From Camelus ferus (taxonomy: Eukaryota), in the NCBI RefSeq assembly GCF_009834535.1, contig NC_045697.1:84632001-84696000 (forward strand): a DNA stretch of 64,000 nucleotides. The letters run 5' to 3'. Made by a program: the position numbers and the translations under genes. Shown piece after piece: positions 15,169-28,852 of the stretch. Below the pieces are notes generated by a model. It did not search any database and had not been told where the DNA came from. It saw only the letters and a program-made list of their open reading frames with translations. How positions within the stretch are numbered: position 1 is the stretch's first letter; each line of letters opens with the position of its first letter.

Positions 15169-15215
<47 letters not shown>

Positions 15216-15250
15216 TTGTTTATATAAATAAACAAAATTTATTTATTATT
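15141..15250. repeat. (TTTA)n microsatellite with AT-rich inverted flanks
   Basis: About 12 ATTT units flanked by ataaacaa and ttgtttat. Confidence 0.85.
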
Positions 15251-17063
15251 ACAACAGAATAAAGATGGGAAAGTGGACAACAGTTTAAGATGTAAATTCA
15301 CTCAATACATAACCCTTTTAAATTTCACCTATTTCTAGTTTCCAACCTTTACTTCTTGCATCCCAACCAAGTGTCTAACTTGAAAGTCTGCTGCAGTAAA
15401 ATTCTATATTCAAGATGCCAAGTTTCTAAATAAAAGTTGTGTTTTTTTCCTGCCAAATTCTAATCTTATCTCAAGGATAATACCCTCTGATCTTAAATTA
15501 TAGCCATCTACATATCTCCTTAAAATCCATTTGTGTGCTTTGGAAAGAAACCTAGAACTTGCTATCTATAAAGACATAATGGAGCTATAATTCATGGTCA
15601 TTCTGGGAGGCCTAAGACACCATTTTTTTAAGAAAATGAGAGAACACAGAAAGGAACTAACATTTAGGAGACTGGCATAGAGTTGTTTGAAAAGATTAAG
15701 AGAGATGATCACTGTGAATGCAGTCTGCATGTTTGTACACAAGCCAGCCAGGAACAAGCTGACCCAATTATCTAGCCATAACTGTGCCAGGCCCTTTGGG
15801 CACGGAAGCCTGGGATCTAATGAGAGAGACAGAGTTAAACATACTAAGCATTTACATAAATATTTTCAGGTTCACAAAACCTTTTGTTCAGATGCATGAA
15901 TAAAATAATAAAGAAAAAATTACAAAAAAAAAAAAAATAGAGAAAGTCGAGCTGTTTCCTTAAGTTCGTAGGCATGACCAGAGCAGAGCTCCACTGGTTG
16001 ACCTCAGTTTCTCACAGCTTCAGCCCTGCTCCTGGAGGCTCCAGGAGGTGCCATGGAGGGCCACTTGAGAACCACTGAGAGGTCAAGATTTCCTACTTTC
16101 TCAGTTTCTAGAACCCATAGATTATATGTGTGCTACTCATATAGACATATTTGGTTGGGGGCAGAGAATCACTGAAAAAAAATACATGTATATGCAAATA
16201 GAGAGGTACTTCAATTTCAGAAATTTTTCAATTAAAAAAAAGTGCATGCCTTAGAGTAAAGACTACATTTCACAAAATGTAAAAAACAATTACAAGGCTA
16301 TAGAAATTCAAAAGAGGAAATGGCAATGTGACTGAACAAATCACGACAGATATGTCAGATTTGGACAAGGGAAGAGGACAAAAAGGGAACCCATCTAGGA
16401 GTGAGTACAGATACTGGAGCAGGAGTGACTGGAATTAATATTGGGAAACTGGCCAGTGTGGAGTGAAAAGCCTGGGTTATGAGTGGTGGAAAGACATTTC
16501 CATTGATTGAGAACCATTGTTGTGGGCAGGGCACCTGAAATATTAGATCATTTCTGAACATCCAGCATTTACAACTTTGCCCAACACATATTGGGTGTTT
16601 AAGTGTAAATGATGAAGTTTTATTTGGTACAAGAGGTAATGGTGTTAGAGGAGGCAGATGGCTAGATATGAGTAGAGAAAGGGGGATGCAGCCCAAATGG
16701 CAGGAATTGGACAAAAAAAGAGAGGAGCAAGGACCAAATAGGAAAGTACCTTGTGCTATTTTTCTCCTATGGGCCTTGTATTTAAATTATGTAGTATTAA
16801 TGTAATTATATTTTAAAAGTAATAATCCAGTATTGATTCAAACTGTTGGGCTCACAATATTATAAAAGCATACATTACCAAAACCTCAACTTTACAATTA
16901 TGGTGTTAAATGGACTAGAGTTAACTAAAGGACAGCGATACGTGTTTTCCACTACCACAAGTTACTTTATTTTTCTATCATTAGAGTAGTACATCATAGT
17001 TTTAATGGAACTTGGGATTTATTTTAATCAGGTATGATTAAGACCTGCAGAATTGGAAATGGG

Positions 17064-17565
17064 TGTTAATGAAGCAGGATCTCTCACAGACCCCTGGGAA
17101 CTGAAGGCACAGCACAGCATGCAGTGGGACAGCGTGCAGTGGGGCCACACGCAGTGGGGTCACATCCAACAAGGCTGGTCAGGAGACACGGGGAGTTGGG
17201 GAGATCATGGGCAAGAGCCTTTACTTTGCTTCCCATGTGCCTACAGGTGAGGCAGTGCAAGCAGGTTTAGGATTGGCTAGTTTGAATAATTTCAGCAGTC
17301 TCTGGGGGCATAAGGTTTAATTGTCTAGTACCTAGCTGTTGTGATGGGGCAAGGGGATAAGGTCTGGAGTGTAAGAGCTCAGTAAAGGAGGTGGTTGGGA
17401 ATATGGGCTCTGGATCGTTTGGTTTACATTTGAAAGGCACACATAAAGGAGCATTGATTATCATCTCTAAGAATTTGCTGACACTGGGAGGGGCGGTTGT
17501 TTCAATCTAGCAAGTTCTCAGATGTCAAAGCATCAGAATACGAAAAATAAGACAGGATAAATACA
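17064..17565. mobile_element. Solo ERV1-type LTR (MER21/MER39-like)
   Basis: TG...CA ends and the motif aagcaggtttaggattggctagtttgaataatttcagc. Confidence 0.6.
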
Positions 17566-18081
17566 ATCATATAGTGATGCAAGTGTGCAATTCAGGAACT
17601 GTGACTACCTAGTGTATAGCCCTGGTCTACTAACAAGAGACCAGAAAATCCTAAGATATTATAAATAAACATGAAAGAAAGCCAAACACACCAAAAAAAA
17701 AAAAAAAAAAAAAAAACTGCCGGGGGAGGGAACCATTTATAAGGCAGGAAGTAGATTTAGCCTTGAAGCATTGGACTGACTCTGATATTCCCAATATTCA
17801 TGCTGATGAAGCTCTGTGCTATTGATATAAAAATCTTTTTTTTTAAACAAGTAGCTTCAGTGGACTAGATAGGGGCAGCTGAAAAACATTAAATGAGAAT
17901 GGCAAGGGCAGAGAGAGAGCTTTAAAAAGATCTATTCAAGATGAACCATCAAACTAAAATAAAATATATTAGAGATATGAAGACAGTAAGAAACATAACC
18001 AGTCAGGAGATGAATTTGTTTCAGATAAAAATGAAAAAAAATTGAGCAGTCTTAAAATGATTTTAAGTCTGTTTAAAATCC

Positions 18082-19855
18082 TGTTTTAGTTTGCTTGGGC
18101 AGCCATAATGTAATACTGTAGACTGGGTGGCTTAAACAACAGAAATTTATTTTCTCACAGTTCTGGAGGCTTGGAGTCCAAGATCAAGGTGCTGTCAGGG
18201 TCTCCTTCTGGTGAGGACTCTCTTCCTAGCTTGCAGAGGGCTATCTTCTCAGTTTGTCCTCACACGTCAGAGAAAGAGGTATCTCTGATGTCTCTTCCTC
18301 TTTTATAGGGACACCAGTTCTAAGAGATCAGGTTACCACTCTTCTGACTTCATTTAACCTTAATTATTTTCTTAAAGACTCTATTGCCAATAGAATTGCA
18401 TAGGGGATTAGGGCTTCAACATATAAGTTTGGGGAGGGGGACACAATTCAGTTCAAAGCAATATGCCTCTAGCTGCCCTAAATTCATATCCTTATTATAT
18501 GCAAAATACATTCATTCTATCCCAACAGCCCCAAAAGTCTTACCTCATTCTAACATTAACTCTTAAGTCGAAAGTCTAAATATTATCTAAATCAGATATG
18601 AATGAGGTTCAAGGTACAATTTGTCCTGAAACCAAATTTTTCTTCAGCTGTGAACCTGTGAAACCATACAATTTGTGTGCTTCTGAAATTCAGTGATGGG
18701 ACAGGCATTGACATTCCATTCTAAAAGAAAGAAATAGGAAGGAAGGATGGGGTGACAGGTACCAAGTTAGTCCAGAACCTAGCGAGGCAGATCCCATTAG
18801 ATCTTAAGGCTTGGGACTAATCCCCTTTGGCCCCATGCCCCACCTTCTGGACCTACTCGGGTGGCAGTCCTGTGGCTCTGCCAGGTGGGGGGCTCTTCTC
18901 CAAGGCTTCAGTTGGAGGCCCCACCCCCTTGAAGCTGAAGAGGAAGCTCTTATGCTCTCTGAATGGACTTAGGAGTCATTCTTCCTCTTCCTTAAAGAAT
19001 AGTGTACATTTGCAGCCAAATAGCTCTGTGGTCCCATCCTGTAGAGTCTAAGAAGTTTGACAGCCTTCTTTCATTTCATCCTGTCTCAGTCTGCTTGACT
19101 TGCAGTATTTCTGCTAGTATAATCCCATCTATATTCCTGGCTTTTGCTGATGTGGCTGAATAAATTTGTGGTTTGAATCCCTGTTAGTCTTCTCTTCAAA
19201 TGTTTGTTCAGCCACACCCTCAGTGTTTTCTTCAAAACGAGCTTTCTCATTTTTTTGTAAAATGGGTAGACTGAGAATTTTCTAAATGTTCAAGTTCTGC
19301 TTCCTTTCTGAATAGTTTCTTCTTCAGTTCATCTCTCTGTTCTTGTATTTTCTAAGTAGTCAGGAGGAATCACACTGCTCTTTTAACACTTTGCTGAGCA
19401 GTCTCCTCAGCTAAATATTTCTTTAATTTTATTTTTCAATTAAAGTATAGTTGATATACAATATTATATAAGTTATGGGTGTATGATATAGTGATTCACA
19501 ATTTCTAAAGGTTATATTCCGTTTATAGTTATTATGAAAAATTTGCTATATTCCTTATGTTGTACAGTATATCCTAGTAGCTTATTTCATACCTAATAGC
19601 TTGTACCTTGCAATCCTCTACGTCTGTATTGCTACTCCTCCCTTGTAACCACTAGTTTATTTTCTGTATTTGTGAATCTGCTTCTTTTTTGTTATATTTA
19701 CTAGTTTGTTGTATTTTTTAGATTCCATATATAAGTGATATCATATAGTATTTGTCTTCTTATTTCATTTAGCATAATACCCTCCAAGTCATCCATGTAG
19801 CTGCAAATGGCAAAATTTCACTCTTTTTTATGGCTGAGTAGTATTCCCTCTCTCT

Positions 19856-19902
<47 letters not shown>

Positions 19903-20757
19903 CCACATCTTCTTTATGTGTTCATTTGTTGGTGGACACTTAGGTTGCTTCCATATCTTGGCAATTGTAAATAATGCTGCTATGAACATTGGGGTGCATG
20001 TATCTTTTTGAATTAGTGTTTGTTTTTTTCTGATATATACCCAGGAGTGGAATTCCTGGGTCACGTGGTAGTTCTATTTTTAGTTTTTTGAGACACATCC
20101 ATTCTATTTTGAGACTAAATCCATTTTCCACAGTGGATGAATGGATACACAGAAAGAGAAGGTAGAAGTTTTTAACAAAGAGTTAGAAAATACAAAGAAC
20201 AAGCGAACAGAGATGAAGAATACAATAACTGAAATGAAAAATACACTAGAAGGAAGTAACCGTAGACTTAATGATACAGAGGAACAGATCAGTGAGCTGG
20301 AAGACAGAGTAGTAGAAATTCTTGCCACTGAATTAAATACTCATTTTTATTCCTTGCGAATTGTTTCACAAAACACTAGAACACCAGTAGTGCCAAGTTC
20401 ATTGCCGTTTATAACATGGTTATTTTTTCTTCTAGTTTTCAGTAACATGTTTTTCATTTCCATGTGAGACTTTACCAGAATGATGTTTAAATCCATATGT
20501 TTACTAACATTTTGTTTATGATTATTTATTCTCTAAGAAGATAGAGACTCTCTCTCAAGCTCTCCTCTTTTCTTTCTGAGCCCTTACCAGAATCTCTAAC
20601 ATCTATAGTTCTACAAGTAGTGCCTTCACAGTAACCCAGGCTTTCCTAGCGTGCATCTCAAAAATTCCTCCAGCCTCTACTCATTACCCAGTTGCAAAAT
20701 CCCTTCCACATTTTTAGGTACTTGTTATAGCAGCACCCCACTTCTTGGTACCAACAT
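18082..20757. mobile_element. MaLR (MLT1) LTR plus internal sequence, interrupted by an L1 insertion
   Basis: ggtggcttaaacaacagaaatttattttctcacagttctggaggc (MLT1 LTR) is followed by internal-type sequence ending cagcaccccacttcttggtacca. Confidence 0.85.
19418..20333 (-). mobile_element. L1 insertion: antisense 3' end (19418 to about 20110) joined to a sense ORF1 fragment (about 20135-20330)
   Basis: Minus strand DTCTPMFIAALFTIAKIWKQPKCP; plus strand MKNTITEMKNTLEGSNRRLNDTEEQISELEDR. Flanked by taaata at 19412-19417 and 20334-20339. Confidence 0.85.
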
Positions 20758-20929
20758 CAGAGAGGAAACAGAAAGAATGAGCTAAATTAAAACCATTTAA
20801 AATTATATGAATATGAAAAAGGATTAACCCTAGAAAAAATATTGGCATTAAAAAGTCTTAAAACTGAAAGTATACACTCTAGAATGAACAAAGTTAAAGA
20901 CTTAATAAACTGGAAGAGATAGCTAAGAA

Positions 20930-21740
20930 TTATACCCAGGATGCAGCGTAAAGAAGAAAAAAACAAAAAAGCTGTAAAGAGAGATGGTGTTCTTCAAGAA
21001 TCCTTGTTTAATAGAATTTTAATGGGATTCTAGCAAAAGATTATAGAGATTCCTATATGTAATACTTACATAATATAGGGCAGCATATTCAAAGAATAAT
21101 GGCTGAGAAATTTTAGTATATATATACTATATATATAAATTGATAGGGGAAACACTAATCTATAGTTTACCAATCCAACAGTTAGGGAAGAAGGAGAAAT
21201 GAAGCCATGAGAAATCTCCGATGAAGCTAAAACATAAAATAAAATGGTCAGTGTAACTACAAATACATTATAGTGACAATAAATTTAAATGAATTACATG
21301 ACTCTGATTCAATTAAAAATCAAATGATCAGCTTGGATATAAAAACATCAGTTATATGCTGTTTATAGGAGACACTGCCACAAACACACACATATACCCA
21401 CCTTAAAACAGAAAATTTAAAGAGAAAAAAAGAAAAAGAGAGAAGCCAGGCATATATGGACCGAAAAAGAGTGGGTGTGACAGTATCACTCAAAACAGAA
21501 TCTGAAGCAGAAGCATTAACCTGATTAAAGCATATGAGCCGCAGTCTATGAAGAGAGTATAACAATTATAAATTTGTGTATACTTAGCAATAAGTATTGG
21601 TATAAAACACCAAAAAACAACTACAAAAATTCAGAATTATAAAATAAAATTGACAAATTCATAATCATAATGGCAGAATTTAACATCCCTCTTAGAAGCT
21701 ATTTATTTGAAGAATATATAGAAAGGATTTGAGTAACACA
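20930..21740 (+). mobile_element. Old L1 fragments (ORF1 and endonuclease remnants)
   Basis: ataatggctgagaaattt, tatgctgtttataggagacac, atggcagaatttaacatccctct. Confidence 0.55.
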
Positions 21741-24700
21741 TACATTTCCTGACTTCCATCCACAGAAGTAACCATTTTCCTGAAGTCAGTGTTGTATTAT
21801 TCTACTTTCTGAACTAGTTTTATGCCTTTACATTTTGGAAGAACTCCCACTCTCACAAAGTAGTTTCTTTTTCCATTTTAGGAAATTATAAGTCTCCTTT
21901 GACAATTTTGTGTTCTAGTAGTTTCTCTTATGTGACAAAGAAATGATTTCATTCTTTGGAAAGACTAAGCCAACCAAATGAATACTGACATTTAGGCCCA
22001 CGGCCAAAAAGAAATCAGTTTCTTCCTAGCTCCACTTATGCTGTGGACATGTAAAACATAAAAGTGGAAGACGGAGTCAACATTCACTACAGCTCTTTAG
22101 AGTACTTACTGGCTCATTTGGCTAGCATGGAAGGAATTACAGAGAAATGTGAAACACATCACCCAGTGCTTTCTGGGAAAAGATGGCTTTTTGTACAGAT
22201 ATATACTCTATCCTCCAAATTCTTACATGTTGCTTTTATGAAACAAAAAAATTGAATGTGTGTGTATATCTATATCTATATCTATCTATATATATCCCAT
22301 TTAATATATCATAGCAATTAATGCCTATGAAGAGAATTATTTTTCTCATAAAGATACCCTATGAATAGCTTTCCTTTTGGAATAAAATAACAATTTCATC
22401 CTCAGTATCTTTACTTTACTTTTGAAAGTGTTTAATCTTAATTACATCACTAAGTGCAGGTTGATTGATGATCACACAGATCTTACCAGCAGTGATAAAG
22501 AGCAATATCAGAAAGTCTAATTGCCTTTTATTCATTCTAGCTTAGAGAGTCAGGTCTTTTACAGTTTATCAGTTCCTGGGATCTTTTCTAAAAATTAATA
22601 AATTGACTTTCTCAATGATGTATTATGCTTGAGTATCCTGAGGGTAAAATTAACATTTGTTAACCATTTTCCCATGGCAAGAATATCCTGTATGAGTTGC
22701 ATGTGACAGATTAGTTGAATTTCAGCTTTTCTTTACCTACTATTATTTCTCTCTCCTTTTCAGAGTTGAGGGACTTTTACATATCTTTCTTGGCTCAAAA
22801 ACTCACAGATGCACTGTCCAGCCATGTTTTTTGTCCCTTTTATTATGGAATTTTTTTCTATTTAAAAGAAATTTCACGCAAGCATGCAATTATGCCCAAA
22901 TATATCACAACAGTATCTCATTTTTTTACATGATGAATAAAAATTATATATCCCAGACTTGTGAATAGTAAATAGTGTGAAGTTATATCTAAAAAACTTA
23001 GTCAAACTGATGTCTTATTGCCACCCACTGAAATTCCATTTGTGCTGTGTTCTACCTCTTCAGTTTTGAAATTTGTAGTCGTTACCAATCTGTGAAAAGT
23101 TTCTACACTCTTAGAAAAGTACACATATTCATTCATTTTGGGAGTAGACATTTAGCCAAGCATTAAAAGTAATATAAAACTAACACAAGATCACAGGAAT
23201 TTGGATTTGTTGAATGATGTATAAACAGACCAGCATAATTCCTGATGGTGCAAAACAGCGTATAATCCAATGTCTAACAGGGTCAAATGCTTGTGCATTA
23301 TAAAAGAACAAATAATTTGAGCCAAAATGGTCAGTGGAAGCTTTGTGACATTTCTGGGAGAGTAGAAACCAAATGGCACCTAGTTGGTGGGTATGTAGAG
23401 ACAAGGGGAGTTGAGTATTATACTTAGGAACAGTGAAGTGTCTAATCTAGCTAAAGAAAAGGATCTATACTGGGAAATAGTGAAAACTAATTAGTTGTGC
23501 AGGTTGCATTGCAGAGGCTCTTAAAAAGGAAATTTTCCTGAAAAAAATCTCAAGATCCTTTGAAACTTATTGAAGGTTTTTTGAGCAGATGAAAGGAATA
23601 GTAAAATCTATGGCTTAAGAAGATAAATTTAGAGCAATGTTTATTCATATATGTTTCTAGGATCATTCATTAACAAGATTCCTCCAGAAGAATCTGCCAG
23701 GTCAAATAAATGGAGAAAATACTGAGTTTCTTTACTATGGGTCTTCTCTAAGACGTTAATATGTTAGTGGGCATTTTGATTTCCAAAAGGAAAATACAGC
23801 ATTTCCCAAACCTATTTGACCATGGAACCTTTCCTAGGAAAACAACACATGGATCAAGTATTCCATGTGTATTGGTACCAATCTCAGTCTACAAATGGAT
23901 ATATGTAAGATAGGTACTGTTCCATGTTTTTAAATAACTCACTTGATTTATAGTTTAATCCTCTGTTCCCAAATTGGTAGAAATTCAAGCACTCTCTGTT
24001 TTCTCCATGAGTGTGTCTGTGTTCTGGAGTCTTCTAGTGCCAAGGAGTTAGGAGGTTATGGAATGTGGAATGACATTTGACTGGTCCTCCGTGTCATCTG
24101 TGTATGCCAGGCATCTGCTGAGATGTACTAATTGCTATGTGGTCCTGGGGAATTGGCTTGTACAACTGTTGCTGAGACACGTCTCATTCAAATCCAGTGG
24201 CTCTCTTTGTTCCTTCCATACCACTCTCAGATTGATGGGAATAATTTCACTTATCTGTTCCATGTTGAGTTACAAGAAATTCTGTATGAATGTATAATGC
24301 CCTATCTTTCTTAGACATGTCATTTAGCTGTTTCCTGAAGGCTTCCTGATTCCTCTTGTTTTCTACTCAGGAAATGGTGCACATGTCCCATACACCTAAT
24401 TGTTTTGGGGGTTTTCCCATGAGATTTCCACCTAAATCTTTACTCTGTGCCATGAATTTCTTGTTTCCTAGGAAACTAAATTTTTAAAACTCATAAGCAA
24501 CAAACAGCTCTATTTTCCTCATTCTTCTGTAGCTTCTTGTTTCTGAGAAAATGATCTAGCTGTCTCTTAAGACAGCTTAAGACAGGAAGAAAGGTAGAGG
24601 CAAGAAATATCTGAGGGAAAAAATCAATTATTTCAAAGGTATTCCTTACGACACTTCCTAATACCCTTTGGGAAATGCTGGTCTAAAGAATGGAGGGTTA

Positions 24701-24779
24701 AAAACTGATGAATAAAAGTATCTGTGTGATAGAAATGCTGTCTTGTGTATCATGGGTAGTTGATGACAGTAATAGCCCT

Positions 24780-25080
24780 CAGTAAATAATGAATAACTCA
24801 TTATCTTTGTAGTTCTTTATGCAGTCCTCTCCTGCATGGACTCTTGAAAAGCCTCTCTTGCTGTCGGGAACTCCTCTTCCACCATATGAAGAAGACTGGG
24901 CTAGCTTGTTGAAGACATGGAGATCAACCCAGAGCCAGCACCAACTGACAGACACGTAAGTTAGCCCCATTTGAGCTGCTAATTGACTGCAGGTACATAA
25001 GTGACTTTGGTTGAGACCCAAGCTGCCCAGGTGAGCCTCCATTAAAGTATTAACATGAATCATAAGCAAATAAAATGACT
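24780..25080 (+). mobile_element. MLT1-type LTR fragment
   Basis: ccaccatatgaagaag, gccagcaccaactgacagacacgtaagttagcc, aatcataagcaaataaaatg. Confidence 0.6.
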
Positions 25081-25326
25081 AACCCACTTTTATTGTACCA
25101 ATAATAAAACGTACAATACAAAGAGTGTAATACAATACGGTAGGAATCAAAGATAGAAGAGATATTTTGTAGGAAGATTTCCTCAAATACAGGTATATGG
25201 GATCAAGAAAAACAGAAAACTCAAATGGGATGAGCTGGGACCTTGGAAGGTCTTATTTTTCATTCAGTGTTCAAAAGTGGTTTTCTTAGTTTAAGGTGCC
25301 TCATATTCATTCTTCTGCCAGGAAAT

Positions 25327-25605
25327 TCACTTATTTCTGGATGGGATCTGAGAATTTAATCCAAACTCAACAAAATCATGCAAATGTTTTGGAAAAAGAG
25401 TTTTCAGTGAGATACTTGAAGAAATAAAGAAAGAGAAAGGATCAAGTGTGATTTTGGAGATTCTAATCTTCAGTGATTTAGAAAATTGTGATAGGCAGCC
25501 AGGCAGACCCATGCTATATGGGGTCTTGGCATCATCCTGCAGTTGTGCCTTTTGTAAATCACTATCACTCTCACTACTTAGATTCAAGAGGTTGTTTTGT
25601 TGTCA
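25327..25605 (-). pseudogene. Degenerate ARHGAP20-like 3' exon
   Basis: Acceptor tttcatttcatcag. TTKQPLESK, VRVIVIYK and AQLQDDAKTPYSMGLPGCLS lie in three frames and resemble ARHGAP20 KRPLESKPVNILVYTKIPLRDHARAPS as recalled. Two 1-bp shifts are needed. Confidence 0.6.
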
Positions 25606-25765
25606 CTGATGAAATGAAAAACTAATCGTTGTCTTAGTAAAGCACATTCTCAGATACTAGGCACATCTAAATTCCTGATTAAATGGATTTTCCTAATGAT
25701 TTCCTCAAAAAGCAATGAGGTAAATGTTGTAAAACTAAGAAATGTCAAAAATACGAAGGGACAGT

Positions 25766-25895
25766 GGGGAGGATATAGCTCAGTGGTACAGCGCGAGCTT
25801 AGTATACATGAGGTCCTGGGTTCAATCCCCAGTACCTCCATTAAAAGTAAATAAATAAAAATAGATAAACCTAGTTACCCCACTCCAAAAAAAAA
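25766..25895 (+). mobile_element. tRNA-derived SINE (camelid Vic-1-like)
   Basis: A box tagctcagtggt, B box ggttcaatcc, A-rich tail. Imperfect TSD aaaaatacgaagggac (25747) and aaaaatatgaggggac (25891). Confidence 0.88.
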
Positions 25896-26440
25896 TATGA
25901 GGGGACTCATGATACACATCCCCAGGCTCTGAATCTAAACTCTGCCTTATAAAATGGACTGCTGCAAGTTAGCTATGATTAGCTAGGCTCAAAAAATACT
26001 AGCTCTAGTCTCAGAGGAACTTCTACTAGCCCTATTAGTTGCTTTTTTACAAATTTATTTTACATACATTATTATCTTTACAATAAGCCTAAAATTTTGA
26101 TGTTATTTTTTATTCACATTTTAGAGATGAAGAAACTGAAACTGAGCTAAAATAATTGGCCAGAATGAACACAACTGATAAATAGTGGCACAGGAGTTTA
26201 TAGTCTGGAAAGGTTGTTTAACATCATCAAGTCCCTTTTTCTCAGTGATGCTGGTTCTTTTCAACCTGTTTCAAAGGCACTGGAAACCAGTGGTGCCTCA
26301 GGGACCACTGAGCAGAAAAGGAGGGGGCAGGAAAGAAACCAGGCATTGCTCTGGGCCCCTCACTCTAGTTTCAGCAGAACACATCTGATACATATAAGTT
26401 CCATTTAAAGTTTTGTTTGAAAAAATTCCCAAATGCTGTA

Positions 26441-26797
26441 TTATGCCATGATGTCCCCTAATGGCTGTACTAACAACTTCTTGAAGTCTGTGTTATCCTT
26501 TCCTTTGGCCCCCAAAAGTGTGAAACCTCCCCTGACCTGGAGCAGATGGAAATCATTGCCCTTGGGATGTGCTTTGGGCTCCAGAATGGCACTGTCTAAG
26601 GATCTCCCATGACCCTTGGCAGCCTTGCTGTCTTTCTCACCAAAGCCAATTAAATCATCCTGAGTACCTGTAGCCTTCTCACTGTTACTAGTAACATCAC
26701 CATTATCACAACTTGCTGACCTCTCTCCCAAGAGGGGAGTGATGTCTTCCCCAAATATCTTGAGGCAGTTTTCAATGAAAAATTTTACAAAAGAAAT
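26441..26797 (-). CDS. ARHGAP20-like exon ending the RhoGAP domain, open to TAA at 26441 (possible internal donor at 26667)
   Basis: Acceptor gtgttacag. Translates ISFVKFFIENCLKIFGEDITPLLGE... The frame is open for 118 codons. AATAAA occurs downstream on the minus strand at about 26109-26114 and 26054-26059. Confidence 0.8.
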   Translation of the reverse strand: MSFVKFFIENCLKIFGEDITPLLGERSASCDNGDVTSNSEKATGTQDDLIGFGEKDSKAAKGHGRSLDSAILEPKAHPKGNDFHLLQVRGGFTLLGAKGKDNTDFKKLLVQPLGDIMA

Positions 26798-28016
26798 CTG
26801 TAACACAAAAGGGCAAAGTGGGCTGTTCTTTTACATACGGCATAATTATAAATCACATTTCATATATGAATCTTGGATCTAAAAATATGTAAGAGAATTC
26901 TGAGAAAAATTCAGAGTTGATTATATATATGTATATATACACACACACACACAAACCAGTTTTCTCTAAGAAATAACTGATACTTTCAGGAGTACTTTGG
27001 GTACAGATTTTAAAATTATTTTTATCAGTGGGATAAAGTTATAATTTGTGGCATAGTTCAATAGCTAACATTTTTATAACAATGGTTACATCTTTAAACC
27101 TGGGATAGTTTTCAAGTAACCCACAAAGGATACTTGAGGTGAAGATGTATATTCTTTTATTAAATTTTATTTATTTGTTTTTTATTTAAATTTTTTCCAG
27201 TTTTATTGAGATATAATTGACATACAGTGTCTTATTACAATTTGTAAAGCATCCAATAGACAAAAACTTGTGAATCACTTCTTAAATGAAGAAATATCTG
27301 AAGCTTAGGAAGCAGAGATTTCTGTGTTTTTCTTGTGAAGGGAGGAAGCAGCTGGAGAGAAAATGTCTGTTAGTCTAACTGCATTGCCTTGTCTCATGCT
27401 TGCTGTCTGGGTGAGCTTGAGGGAGAGCTGTGATCTTATTAGGCATGCTGTGGGTCTATTAGGATGTTCTGAAATCTTTTACTAGTTTCCTCATCTTGAA
27501 TTGGAGGCAAAATAGTAGCCAAGTACCTTCTGAATGACCACAACTGGCAGAGGAAGGCCAGTGCGTGGGGAGCCATGAGTGCTCACATTGCCCAAGCCAT
27601 CAAGATGTGCCAGCAGTGACCGGAAGAGCTGTGTGCTGTCGTCATTATGTAATGATGAAGCCATGGCTTGGAAATGGCCCTAGTTCACACTCCTTCAGTG
27701 ATGAAGCTGAGAGTTGAACTTTGGCTGTCAGACTCTGAAGCTCAGGTTCTTTTCTATCACATCATCCTACTCTTATCTGTCTATAGTTTAGCCTCCTGGA
27801 TGAGAAAGGAGAAGTGATTCAACTGCTTTCAATTTCCCACTTAACAACCCACCTTCCCATACCCCTCCAGAGTAGCATAAATGACTCTGCCACTCCAGGG
27901 GAGCTTAATTTAAATGTGCCCTTTAAAAAACTGGTCCATCAGAGTTAATACCACAAACTTCAGGTTCAAAATGGGGACTCTGCCCCACAAGGCATAACAA
28001 TGAGAGATTTCATTAC

Positions 28017-28206
28017 CTTTTTTGTAAAATCCTTTTCTGATTCTGAGCTGTTGGCATTAGGTGCACAAAGAATGCTTGGGGCTATGCACACTGATAAATT
28101 ATAAGCTGTCATCTGATTGGGTGAGGAATATTGCTCAATGTTGCATAACACTCCAAAAAGATATCGCAAGAGAACAACCTTGGCTTTTGGCAGCTGGTCT
28201 AAAAGC
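28017..28206 (-). CDS. ARHGAP20-like RhoGAP exon (190 nt), intact
   Basis: Acceptor ctgtttag, donor AAG|gtaatg. Translates LLDQLPKAKVVLLRYLFGVLCNIEQYSSPNQMTAYNLSVCIAPSIL...DFTKK, containing the RhoGAP N-x-M-x-x-x-N-L motif. Confidence 0.93.
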
Positions 28207-28742
28207 CTAAACAGAGAAAAACGCACTTCTAAATAAAGCAAGTCATTTTGCTTGGGAAGTGGAAACACAGAGACAGAGAACAGAGTACTTCTTTGTATAC
28301 CATGTACACAATCCAGTCTTGCAGAGTTCCAAGTGTGAATGCACACAAAAATGTCTCATTGAATTCAGTTCCTGAACCAGATAAGAACCTCTGGTTGGTT
28401 GTTTGACAAAGTTAAGAGCATATCATTGGCAGATTGATCCTCTAGCATCTCTTTTTAGACCAATGGATTTAATCTCCAACAGTTTTATGTATTCAGAAGG
28501 TATAAAATGGTCACAAATTCCATATTAATAAGATTAGGAGAAAAACAAGAATTCAGTAGCAGCAGTAAGGCACGCACCTGTTTCTAAACTGGCCTCCATG
28601 GATATAAGCAAATAAAAACCCTTTGATATTGGTCATTATTTTAGTGGACAAAGTGTAAACTATATAACCTAATATTTTCCTAAGAGAATGCTGGTTGTAT
28701 TTTTGAGGTGAGACCAGAGTAGAGTAACTACTGCATCATTAC

Positions 28743-28852
28743 CTCTGGGTTGCAGTTATTTTCTCCTCCTCGTTCCCTTGATCAAGAACACTGAGCCATT
28801 TATCATAGAGACTGGCTGAAAATGCACTTCCATGGATATTTCGAAGAAAATC
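28743..28852 (-). CDS. ARHGAP20-like RhoGAP exon (110 nt), intact
   Basis: Acceptor tatgtaag, donor GAG|gtaatg. Translates DFLRNIHGSAFSASLYDKWLSVLDQGNEEEKITATQR. Confidence 0.9.

Noticed and set aside
24000..24400. Possible further 3' exon on the minus strand
   Set aside because: Multiple stop codons, a weak acceptor and no recognisable similarity.
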